From an uncultured virus (IMG/VR IMGVR_UViG_2534682017_000001) (taxonomy: Duplodnaviria > Heunggongvirae > Uroviricota > Caudoviricetes), in the IMG/VR virus record IMGVR_UViG_2534682017_000001: DNA of 64,000 nucleotides; one strand, 5' to 3'. Numbering within the stretch: position 1 is the stretch's first letter; every line of letters starts with the position of its first letter. The position numbers and the translations under genes are program-made. Positions 50,472-58,729 of the stretch are shown here, piece by piece. The notes under the pieces were generated by a model that worked only from the letters and a program-made list of their open reading frames with translations, made no database searches and was not told the DNA's origin.

Positions 50472-51395
50472 CTATTCTAAATATTCAAAATTTCTATATT
50501 TTTCAAATACTTTATATAACCCCTTACTCTTCAAATAGCTATCTGCAATTTTTTCTTCAATAAAGGATAATGAAACAAAGTTGTTTTTGAATATTTCATC
50601 ATAAGTTTTTAGAAAAACAAAATAGTTCTTCGATATATCAAATATTAATTTATCTAATTCCTCCTCCTTAATTTTATATTTTACAATCTCAGAATTATTA
50701 ATTTTAGTATGCAACATTCCTGTAGAAGAGTAAGAGAATGGTGAATTATCAAAATGTAAAAGACCTGAAGATTCTAAATATTTAGCTTGGATATAACTTA
50801 AATCAAAAGCCTCATTCACTACTTCACCAAAAAAACTAACACCATTGTCTATCTTTTTTAATATAAGTATTAGTTTTTTTTCATCAATTGAAGAAAATAA
50901 ATCAATAGAAGGTAAAAAATTATTAACAATTCGAATAAAAGCTAATAGTTCAATATGAGCTTTAGTTAGTTTATCTATTACAGTGACGGCCTGATTACAT
51001 ATTAAATTATCAAAATCATTTGAAGTCTTAGATATCCTATTCTGAATTAGCTCAATTAATATTTCTGTATGTGCTTTATCTCCATTTCTAGCAATTTTTG
51101 TCACAACATCATTCAAAAGAAACTGAACGTCAGGATCTGAAAATTTATCAATTAGAATTGTCTCAACATTCTCTTCAATTTCTTTTTTTAATCTTTTAGC
51201 AAAAATTTCTATATTTTGTTCTGCCTGTTGTGCAGCAGCATCCCTTAATCGTGGAAAATTTGACTCAAAGAGTCCTAAACAATAGATCTCAACTTCCTTT
51301 GGCTTCAATCCCTGTTCAATAGTCAAATTCTGAATTACATCTGCTTGTACAGCTGTGGAATTATTTTCAGCAGCTTGTTTTTTATTTATCCACAT
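50472..51395 (-). CDS. LPO_1073/Vpar_1526-like protein with N-terminal low-complexity motif
   Basis: 'LFESNFPRL', 'FSDPDVQFLL', 'LIELIQNRI', 'IDKLT'; start 51395 or 51407. Confidence 0.7.
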   Translation of the reverse strand: MWINKKQAAENNSTAVQADVIQNLTIEQGLKPKEVEIYCLGLFESNFPRLRDAAAQQAEQNIEIFAKRLKKEIEENVETILIDKFSDPDVQFLLNDVVTKIARNGDKAHTEILIELIQNRISKTSNDFDNLICNQAVTVIDKLTKAHIELLAFIRIVNNFLPSIDLFSSIDEKKLILILKKIDNGVSFFGEVVNEAFDLSYIQAKYLESSGLLHFDNSPFSYSSTGMLHTKINNSEIVKYKIKEEELDKLIFDISKNYFVFLKTYDEIFKNNFVSLSFIEEKIADSYLKSKGLYKVFEKYRNFEYLE

Positions 51396-51645
51396 TATCG
51401 TTTCCATCTTTATTAATAGTTATATTACCAATACTGTCAGCTTGAATTCCTATAGAGCGATTTGAAATATTTTGACTCTTATGAGCGATAGTTTCTTTAT
51501 CTTTAGGAATTTTAAAGCTCATTAAGAAAGCTATAACTGTAGTTACTAGTGTTCCCGAAGAATCAAACCCTGGTTCTGATAGTGCCCACAAAGTTGCTAA
51601 AAGCATACTTATACCTGAAGCAAGAATAATAATTAATCTAAACAT
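51382..51645 (-). CDS. Small 2-TM protein with C-terminal Q/N/S/I-rich motif
   Basis: 87 aa; two hydrophobic helices around 'WALSEPGFD'; overlaps downstream gene. Confidence 0.75.
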   Translation of the reverse strand: MFRLIIILASGISMLLATLWALSEPGFDSSGTLVTTVIAFLMSFKIPKDKETIAHKSQNISNRSIGIQADSIGNITINKDGNDNVDK

Positions 51646-51690
51646 TACAAACTCACAAAAAATATTTATATATTAACTTGTAAAACATTT

Positions 51691-52593
51691 TTAAAAATCT
51701 AAATCTTCCCAAATGTCAACTGTTCTATGTTCTTGCTCATCTAAACAAAAAATGCATAAGTATTTATTTTTCTTCCTTTTATATTGTACAGTTCCTACAC
51801 AATAATCAATATGTTTCGTATCGAAAAACTCAGATTTCATCATTATGGATATACAATTTTTGCAAAAGAAACTTTCTCGTTCCTTATCAAAATCAAAGCA
51901 ATCTTTAACCATTTCTGAAGAACATGACGATATTGCACCAGCTAATTCATAATGTGTCTGAAGCATTTCAAAAATTTCTCCAGGCTCACCATCAATTAAT
52001 TTATGCCCCCCATCTGAATGGGCTGACTTATATCGATACCGATGCTGTATCCAATGTAACCCGTTAAAATTCAATTCCTTGTGTGCAGTTATGATACTTT
52101 TAAAAATTAGCTCTGGGCTTATATCCGATTTTTTATCAACCGTATGCATAAACATATTACGTAAGCTTCTAATTTCTTGAAACCATGGTGCAAAACTATT
52201 ACTAAGTTTTTTATCAGAAAAAGTTTCATAAACCCTAATTAAATCCTGCGCATCTATGGTATGAAATTGTGAAAAGGACATGTCTCCATTTTTATCTAAT
52301 TTTGGAAGATTTTTTGCAGTATTAGCTATCAATAGGTAGGGAGATATTTCAGCAATTAAACCTTTAAGCCGAAACTCTACAGATTGTATAACAAGAATAA
52401 ATGCTGAAATAAGTTTAGGTCTAGCAAAATCCCAATACTTATAACAATTATCTTCTTCTTCCTTTGAAGTCTCACAAGCATCTGAATAGTAAATATAATC
52501 ATATGCAAGATTAGCTACTTTTTCCCATGCTTCCTGAACCATGTGATCAGCAGTTATATAAAAATCTTCTTTTGTGGGAATATCCAATATCAT
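51691..52593 (-). CDS. HEPN-like protein with C-terminal zinc ribbon
   Basis: 'QSVEFRLK', Rx4H 'RNMFMH', 'CKNC...CIFC'. Confidence 0.6.
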   Translation of the reverse strand: MILDIPTKEDFYITADHMVQEAWEKVANLAYDYIYYSDACETSKEEEDNCYKYWDFARPKLISAFILVIQSVEFRLKGLIAEISPYLLIANTAKNLPKLDKNGDMSFSQFHTIDAQDLIRVYETFSDKKLSNSFAPWFQEIRSLRNMFMHTVDKKSDISPELIFKSIITAHKELNFNGLHWIQHRYRYKSAHSDGGHKLIDGEPGEIFEMLQTHYELAGAISSCSSEMVKDCFDFDKERESFFCKNCISIMMKSEFFDTKHIDYCVGTVQYKRKKNKYLCIFCLDEQEHRTVDIWEDLDF

Positions 52594-52615
52594 CTTAAAT
52601 TTAACTAATCTATTG

Positions 52616-52638
52616 AAAAGCTCACTTTCGTGAGCTTT
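52616..52638 (-). terminator. Intrinsic terminator after the micropeptide ORFs
   Basis: AAAGCTCAC-gaaa-GTGAGCTTTT on minus strand. Confidence 0.7.
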
Positions 52639-52665
52639 GTAATTAAAAACTGATTCTTCGGAATT

Positions 52666-52755
52666 TTATCGCTTAATACTTCTTTCTTCATATGATATAT
52701 GAGGAGCTGGTACTTCAGGCGGAACTGGAGGTTGAGGAGAATTTTGGGAGTTCAT
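52666..52755 (-). CDS. Pro-rich micropeptide 2, 29 aa (not in ORF track)
   Basis: MNSQNSPQPPVPPEVPAPHISYEERSIKR*; ATG overlaps upstream stop (TAATG). Confidence 0.55.
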   Translation of the reverse strand: MNSQNSPQPPVPPEVPAPHISYEERSIKR

Positions 52756-52853
52756 TATGATCTACTCTGTTTGATAGGAATGTTATTAATTTCGCTTTCA
52801 CCAATTTCAGGAGCTGGCTTCTCAGGAGGAACTGGTATAGGTTGGGTAGACAT
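52755..52853 (-). CDS. Pro-rich micropeptide 1, 32 aa (not in ORF track)
   Basis: MSTQPIPVPPEKPAPEIGESEINNIPIKQSRS*; starts 7 nt after the 2-TM gene stop. Confidence 0.55.
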   Translation of the reverse strand: MSTQPIPVPPEKPAPEIGESEINNIPIKQSRS

Positions 52854-52860
52854 TTTATTA

Positions 52861-53397
52861 TCAAAATTTATTTAAGATAAAAGTAATTATAAATGCTAAA
52901 AAAATTAAAGAACAACATAAAATTTCTGCAAACGCCTTTTTTAGATAAGCTGCTTTCTCATTATTAATTTTTTTATAACTTGCAACAACTTCATCAATTC
53001 TGTCTGATAGCCCCATATAGACTGTTTCTTTTTCATTCTCTTGCACATATTCTTTAATTCCTGTTTTAGGAATTTCACCCAATTTGTTGATTTTTAAGCA
53101 TAAGAATAACCATCTTAAAACTGGAAAAATTGCAATAACGAATATTATTAATAGTATTAGAGATGCATAATACATTACACCTCTTGTTTCTATCGGTTGC
53201 GTTTCAGTTAGGTAAGTACGACACAATACTGTAGTCACCGTTAAGAATAAAGTAATAAATGTCAGATACTTGGATGCTTTATTCTCCAACTCCTTATAGT
53301 TATCACGTAAAATATCCAGATGATATTTTTTGTATTCGTATAAAAACTTATACTTTTCTGAATCATATTCTTTATCTTTTTTATCAATACTTTCCAC
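52861..53397 (-). CDS. Membrane protein resembling Pycsar-type TM effectors
   Basis: 'LENKASKYLTFITL' + TM pair, 'INNEKAAYLKKAF' + terminal TM. Confidence 0.55.
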   Translation of the reverse strand: MESIDKKDKEYDSEKYKFLYEYKKYHLDILRDNYKELENKASKYLTFITLFLTVTTVLCRTYLTETQPIETRGVMYYASLILLIIFVIAIFPVLRWLFLCLKINKLGEIPKTGIKEYVQENEKETVYMGLSDRIDEVVASYKKINNEKAAYLKKAFAEILCCSLIFLAFIITFILNKF

Positions 53398-53434
53398 TAT
53401 TAGCTCCAGACACCTTACTAAGATAATATTTTAT

Positions 53435-53944
53435 CTAAAGATACACTATAAACCCATATCGACAATGCAACGCTGCCAAACCGCACTTAACGTCTTGTCT
53501 GGCATCATTTTGAGTACGATCTTCATTGGCCATCTCAGGCCATGACTGACCACGGAAGTAACGATCAATAATCGCATCCATCCATTCATCCATAACTTCA
53601 CTCTGCCCCATTAAATCTAAAATTAAACGCTGTACTGCACGGGCTTCATTGTCATCAATCTGGCACTGGGCTTTAGATTTAGTTTTACGGAATGGATCTG
53701 ATTCACTCACAAAGTAATTGGCGATGATTTCTCTTTGTTTCTTCTTACCTAATCGTTTTAAATGGCGCTGCTTTTCAACTTGTACCATCGCTGATGCAAT
53801 TGGGTTGCTATATGCGCCTGAAGGGATACCGGTAAAACTCTTTTGATCTAGCCATGCACCGAACTGATATAACCAACCTTCCAAATCGAACCGAGACCAA
53901 TCCACTGAGTGCATTACATGCTTCTTATCGATCATTAGTGTCAT
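53435..53944 (-). CDS. Late antiterminator Q-like protein
   Basis: Last gene of the early operon; 'WLYQFGAW', 'CQIDDNEARAV'. Confidence 0.7.
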   Translation of the reverse strand: MTLMIDKKHVMHSVDWSRFDLEGWLYQFGAWLDQKSFTGIPSGAYSNPIASAMVQVEKQRHLKRLGKKKQREIIANYFVSESDPFRKTKSKAQCQIDDNEARAVQRLILDLMGQSEVMDEWMDAIIDRYFRGQSWPEMANEDRTQNDARQDVKCGLAALHCRYGFIVYL

Positions 53945-54345
53945 TCATTTCCCCCAACCATTTTCTCTATCTGCTGAACCGCTAAACCTGACTTCACTTG
54001 CTCTGTACTGAACCGTAAAACTGTAAAACCCATCATTGCCGCCGAGTTATATTTCTCCATATCCCCGATATAACCTTTGCCTCTTGTGTGACGGCCACCG
54101 CCTGCCATCCAAATCCCGCCCTCAACCTCTACCAAAATCTTTGTACCGTTAATTAGAAAATCGGCTCTCCATTTACGTTTCGGATGGAATTTATATTCCT
54201 GCTCAAAACTGATCTTGCATGCTCTCAAGTGCGTGGCCAGTACCGCCTCACCTTCACTTGGTTCCCGTGTTTGCTTTGCTGAACGACGTTTCTTTGTCTT
54301 CACTGGAAATAATTCACGGTATTCAGCTAAACTCATGCTAGACAT
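53941..54345 (-). CDS. DUF559-like endonuclease / resolvase-like protein
   Basis: 'EYKFHPKRKWRADF', 'VEVEGG', 'DMEKYN'. Confidence 0.75.
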   Translation of the reverse strand: MSSMSLAEYRELFPVKTKKRRSAKQTREPSEGEAVLATHLRACKISFEQEYKFHPKRKWRADFLINGTKILVEVEGGIWMAGGGRHTRGKGYIGDMEKYNSAAMMGFTVLRFSTEQVKSGLAVQQIEKMVGGNE

Positions 54346-54411
54346 CCAAACCCCTTTCAAAAGCGTAGATCTCACTATGTAAGAGCGCTACGTTGACATG
54401 GTAGAGGTCTG

Positions 54412-55374
54412 TCATGCTGCCCCCTGCAATGAGCCTTTGAAGCCAACTTGCTTGAGATACGGTTCCCATTGTTTGGCCTGAGCTGGATCACTGAGTTTCA
54501 CGGCGATACGCGCTGCAAGTTGATCGTAGCTTTCCCCTGCAGCTGCAAACTGACTTGCGAACTCAGGATGTTGTGAGAGTTTTTGAGCGAAGGTATGAAC
54601 CTGTTTGTCGCTGAGTTTTTCTTGAGCGCTCGGCGCGCCTCGTACTGACGACCCTGAATTCCGGAAACCTGTCTGTTCACGTGCTTGGTATTTTCCACAT
54701 GCGTTGATTAACCAATCTGCAAAGTGGTAATGCATGAGCTCATCACAAAGATTCTTCTCTGCGTTGTAGAGTTCAAATGCTCGAAGCTCCCGATCAAACC
54801 AAGTCGCGTTTTTGATCTGCTCGTAAGTTTCCTGATCAGTTGCCAAGCGAATTTCTTCACCAAGTTTTTTCAAACTCAACCATGTTTTTTTATTTTTAGA
54901 TTCTTCTGATAGATTCTTTAAAAGATTCCGTGTCCCAACGTTGGGACCCTTTACCGGAATTGTTGGGACTCTTTCATGAAATTGTTGGAACTGTTCCACT
55001 GTTGGGACTGTTCCAACGTTGGTACTCTTTCCATCTAAATTTTCACCTTCTAACGGTCCCATTGTTGGGACTGTATCTTCACGACCAACTACACCGTTCA
55101 AGCGGTAAACGACCACCTGTTTTGTCTGACCTTTGCGCTCTCCAGTATCAGTAATTAATCCATCATCGGAGAGCTCGGCAAGTATCTTCATTACAGTTTT
55201 TCTGTCAATTTTGCAGTCTGCGGCTAAGCGTTTAGCGCTTGGATAACAGGTATGATCCTCACTTGCGCGATCAGCCATAGATAGCAAAACAACCAGTTTT
55301 AAGGCAGGTAATGAACCGCCTTTCTTTGTCGGGATATGAACTTTCCAAGCCCAATTAGTGGCATCTAGACTCAT
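54412..55374 (-). CDS. Replication initiator (N-terminal HTH)
   Basis: 'LLSMADRA...CYPSAKRLAADC'; contains iterons. Confidence 0.85.
   Translation of the reverse strand: MSLDATNWAWKVHIPTKKGGSLPALKLVVLLSMADRASEDHTCYPSAKRLAADCKIDRKTVMKILAELSDDGLITDTGERKGQTKQVVVYRLNGVVGREDTVPTMGPLEGENLDGKSTNVGTVPTVEQFQQFHERVPTIPVKGPNVGTRNLLKNLSEESKNKKTWLSLKKLGEEIRLATDQETYEQIKNATWFDRELRAFELYNAEKNLCDELMHYHFADWLINACGKYQAREQTGFRNSGSSVRGAPSAQEKLSDKQVHTFAQKLSQHPEFASQFAAAGESYDQLAARIAVKLSDPAQAKQWEPYLKQVGFKGSLQGAA
54885..55072. repeat. Phage replication origin: iterons plus AT-rich tract inside the initiator gene
   Basis: GTTGG(G/A/T)AC at 54940, 54962, 54984, 55001, 55018, 55064; palindrome GTCCCAACGTTGGGAC; AT-rich AGATTC repeats adjacent. 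Confidence 0.75.
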
Positions 55375-55775
55375 TTATCCTCCTCGTCTGGTTCATCGTA
55401 TTTGGTACCTTTCGATGAATTGCATGACTTACACATTGTTTGGAGGTTTTCTATTGACGAGCCACCGCCTAAAATCTCTGGTTTAATATGATCAAGTGTT
55501 AAATTCTTCTGAACGCCACACGTAACGCACTTAAACCCGTCTCGTTCGTAAACCTCAAGGCGAAGTTTCATACCGATTTTCTTTTTCATATATTTTTGTG
55601 AGTGTTTTTCAGTTTTCCGCCCAAAAAGATCTCGGCCATATTGCGCCTTGTGAACAACTTCTAAAATCATGTTTGCGCATAAGTTGCATAAAATAACCTC
55701 AGGGTTAATTTTGCTGTAATAATCGACTGCGTACTCTTCTTCGCAATATTGGCAAATTACAAAATCTTCTTTCAT
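55371..55775 (-). CDS. HNH endonuclease
   Basis: 'CVTCG...LTLDHI...GG....NLQTMCKSCNSSKG'. Confidence 0.88.
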   Translation of the reverse strand: MKEDFVICQYCEEEYAVDYYSKINPEVILCNLCANMILEVVHKAQYGRDLFGRKTEKHSQKYMKKKIGMKLRLEVYERDGFKCVTCGVQKNLTLDHIKPEILGGGSSIENLQTMCKSCNSSKGTKYDEPDEEDK

Positions 55776-55928
55776 GTTTTAGCTCCTATAAAATGAGCTT
55801 TAATTACAACATGAAAAGAATTGGGTACGAACTTACTCATATTTCTGCTCCCGCCATTTCAATATTTGCAATGCCCAATTGAGAGGTATAAATTGGTAAA
55901 AGGATTGATATAAAAAGAATGAACAAAA

Positions 55929-56105
55929 ATGAATAAAGATACTGAACAACATCAAGATTCTAAGACGTGCAAAGAACTTAAAAATAAACAAACCAATTAC
56001 GTTGAAGTCATTATCAAAGTTCATCCAGATTCTGTAGATAAGTTGATTACGCTTATTAAGAAAACTGACGCAGATATTCAGGGCATTGAAGTTCGAAATG
56101 GTTAA
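55929..56105 (+). CDS. Small protein, 58 aa, antisense to the early operon (not in ORF track)
   Basis: MNKDTEQHQDSK...VEVIIKVHPDSVDKLITLIKKTDADIQGIEVRNG*. Confidence 0.4.
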   Translation: MNKDTEQHQDSKTCKELKNKQTNYVEVIIKVHPDSVDKLITLIKKTDADIQGIEVRNG

Positions 56106-56113
56106 ATAACTAC

Positions 56114-56407
56114 TCATGACACCTCCGCCCGCGCTAATTCTTCTGCATTTAATCGACGCTTTAATTGGTTTTCTGCAACGGTGGCATGACGTATATACCT
56201 CACTCCAGATGTCCAAACTTTTCCGTTGATGTCAGTCATAGAGACATGATCACCAAGAAAGTCACTTTTTATTTCTATGATGCAGAAAATACTATCGCTA
56301 CCAAGCGGCCCTATAATGTGGTTTTGAATAACCACCATGTCACCTACTACAAATTCTTGTGAGTTGAGTTCGATTGGTTGTTCTGCTAAATTAGTTTGCA
56401 TATTCAT
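56114..56407 (-). CDS. Hypothetical phage early protein
   Basis: RBS, 'FVVGDMVV...IRHAT'. Confidence 0.7.
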   Translation of the reverse strand: MNMQTNLAEQPIELNSQEFVVGDMVVIQNHIIGPLGSDSIFCIIEIKSDFLGDHVSMTDINGKVWTSGVRYIRHATVAENQLKRRLNAEELARAEVS

Positions 56408-56461
56408 GGGTTCCTAAATTTGTGAATTGAAACCACTCCTGTTCGCGCAGGTAGTGGTTTT

Positions 56462-56818
56462 TTAATATCCAAATTCTTCTAAGCGTGGAGCTATAGAAGC
56501 ATGTTGGAAATCATTTACTTCCGATGCCCTATTCATAGAAAGCCGAGCAAGATAAAAAATTGAATCCACAAACTGCTTGTCATAACACTCATAGTTTTCT
56601 GGAATGATTTTTAGCCCAAGTAAATCCAACAATGTGCAACAGTTTTCAATTTCAGTTAAGTCATTGCTTTTCTTTTCATTTTTGATTCTTGATAAGGCGG
56701 TTGGATCTAGTCCTAAATCACTTGCTAAATCTTTATTGCTTGTAGATGCAAGGCGCTGCAATACAAGAGCAATTGAATTTCTAGACCTTGCGCTCAGGTT
56801 TTCACATACTTTGCTCAT
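56462..56818 (-). CDS. cII: CII-like activator
   Basis: HTH 'LASDLGLDPTALSRIK', 'LLDLLGLKIIP'; downstream of cro. Confidence 0.75.
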   Translation of the reverse strand: MSKVCENLSARSRNSIALVLQRLASTSNKDLASDLGLDPTALSRIKNEKKSNDLTEIENCCTLLDLLGLKIIPENYECYDKQFVDSIFYLARLSMNRASEVNDFQHASIAPRLEEFGY

Positions 56819-56826
56819 GGTGACTC

Positions 56827-57048
56827 CTAGACTGCACTAGTCTTTCTAAGAAAAAAGTCAAATATGCTTTTGTGGGTTAGTTTCTTGTTGCTTGCATCTA
56901 CCATTTTTTGAATGGTTTCCATGCTTGGTTTTTTTCGACCATGGATAAGATGAGACTCCATATATCTATAAGAAATTTTTGTGGTTTCACAAAATTGGAT
57001 GCGTTGATCTTTATCAAGACCACGCCAGAAATCATAAAGAGTTACCAT
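56827..57048 (-). CDS. cro: Cro-like repressor
   Basis: 73-aa HTH divergent from cI. Confidence 0.8.
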   Translation of the reverse strand: MVTLYDFWRGLDKDQRIQFCETTKISYRYMESHLIHGRKKPSMETIQKMVDASNKKLTHKSIFDFFLRKTSAV

Positions 57049-57053
57049 GGATA

Positions 57054-57142
57054 CACCTAAAGGGTAAATTAAATATAAATATACCCTCTAGGTAAATATT
57101 ATTCAACCTATCAGGGTATTTATTTTTTCTACCTGTAGGGTA
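57054..57142. promoter_or_regulatory. OR operators, consensus TACC-N5-GGTA
   Basis: CACCTAAAGGGTA 57054, TACCCTCTAGGTA 57082, TACCTGTAGGGTA 57130, imperfect site near 57106. Confidence 0.8.
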
Positions 57143-57174
57143 TTTTTGAAATATGACTTATAGGTGTTCTTGTA

Positions 57175-57963
57175 ATGGCTGAACTAAAGACAATTCATGA
57201 AATTAGATTTCTTAATGCAAAGAGACTAATGGAAGAATCCGGTCTCAAACGTAAAGAGTTTGCTGAGAAGATTGATATGTCATATAGCTTGCTGAGTCAG
57301 TATTTAGGTAAAAACCCGACCAAAAATATTGGGGATGACACAGCTATAAAAATTGAAGATGCATTTAGTAAACCGCGTGGTTATCTTGATCAGTCTGACT
57401 TGTCTAACTTAACCACTCAAAAAAATGTGGATGTTGTTGCATTTAAAAAATTTGATATAGAAGCATTTAAGAAAAAATACAATATTCCCGATAATGAAGA
57501 CGCTATTAAGTTTGTAGAGACCCCACTTAAGTCATTCCCACGTCAAAAAAGATATGTTCCTGTTAAGGCCTATTCAAAAATGGGGATGGATGGCTATTTC
57601 ACGGATATGGGCTATGAAGGAAATGGTGGGGATGGTTATATACCTACTCACGCAGCTGGTGAAAAAGCATATGGTATCAAAGGAACTGGTGACTCCATGT
57701 TCCCTGCTATCCGCAATGGTTGGTATGTAGTATGTGATCCCGATGCAGAGCTGGTACCTATGGAATTTGTTCAGGTTTGCCTTAAAGACGGACGATGCAC
57801 AATTAAAGAGTTTATTGGTATACAAAACGATGTATTAAGCTTAATAGCAGTGAATGGTGGTGAACGTCTCACATTTAATATGGATGAGGTTGAAAGCATT
57901 ACAGCTATCACAGACATTGTGCCACCTAGTCAACACAAGCATGATCACCCCAATGGCTACTAA
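57175..57963 (+). CDS. cI: CI-like repressor (HTH + S24 peptidase)
   Basis: N-terminal HTH, 'GDSMFP' Ser, 'TIKE' Lys. Confidence 0.92.
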   Translation: MAELKTIHEIRFLNAKRLMEESGLKRKEFAEKIDMSYSLLSQYLGKNPTKNIGDDTAIKIEDAFSKPRGYLDQSDLSNLTTQKNVDVVAFKKFDIEAFKKKYNIPDNEDAIKFVETPLKSFPRQKRYVPVKAYSKMGMDGYFTDMGYEGNGGDGYIPTHAAGEKAYGIKGTGDSMFPAIRNGWYVVCDPDAELVPMEFVQVCLKDGRCTIKEFIGIQNDVLSLIAVNGGERLTFNMDEVESITAITDIVPPSQHKHDHPNGY

Positions 57964-58074
57964 AATGATTGAAGGATTTTTCGACTCTAAATTTCAAGAA
58001 AATCAACATGTCAATAATTTGTGTCGTAATAACTTATAATCGATTATTTAAGTTTTAAATTTCAAGGAAAACCG

Positions 58075-58374
58075 ATGATCGCTACACTTAATAAATCCAA
58101 AACTACACTAACGATTAATCGTCAAGAATTTAAACTAGCATTAGGCAAAATTGGTGCAGGAATTGATAAACAAATTGCCTCTCTTAAAAAAGCCAAGCAG
58201 AGCTATGACGCTGCGGAAATGGCACGCGAGGTTATTAACGAAGCCAATATTTTTGAAGCCATTATTGAAGGCTTTAATGAAGCAGAAGAAACTAATCTAA
58301 AGTTAGGTGATATAACCAATCTTGAAGTAGCTCAAGAATGGATTGATGAGTTTTTGGAGAAGTATAGTACTTAA
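58075..58374 (+). CDS. Hypothetical protein downstream of cI
   Basis: 99-aa ORF with AAGGA RBS. Confidence 0.75.
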   Translation: MIATLNKSKTTLTINRQEFKLALGKIGAGIDKQIASLKKAKQSYDAAEMAREVINEANIFEAIIEGFNEAEETNLKLGDITNLEVAQEWIDEFLEKYST

Positions 58375-58450
58375 AATCAAAAAACCTCGAAATCGAGGGA
58401 ATTAAAAAACTGTGAACCCGACACATTATTTTTAGAAAGGGAATCAAAAT

Positions 58451-58666
58451 ATGAAAAAAATCGAAGTTAATTCCCGTAATATCAGCCATGTTTTTTACCA
58501 ACATTTTTTATTGACGGTAGTGCTCAGAACAGGTGAAAGGTTTATTTACAGACTACTTGAAGCAAATACATTCAAAGAATTTATTGATTCAAAAGATAAA
58601 GATAAATTTTATAGAAGCCATCTCGAAGCCAATAAAGAACTTAAGCGAATTCAGCTTTTTGTGTAA
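58451..58666 (+). CDS. KTSC-domain protein
   Basis: 'VNSRNISHVFY...LTVVLRTGERFIY...KDKFYRSHL'. Confidence 0.7.
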   Translation: MKKIEVNSRNISHVFYQHFLLTVVLRTGERFIYRLLEANTFKEFIDSKDKDKFYRSHLEANKELKRIQLFV

Positions 58667-58729
58667 TTGAAACCGTGACCCGACACGGCACTTTAGAACG
58701 GTTCGGGAATTAATTCTAGAGGGATAAGA

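Noticed and set aside
50106..50480. 124-aa plus-strand ORF
   Set aside because: Ser/Ile/Phe-rich shadow of the minus-strand membrane gene
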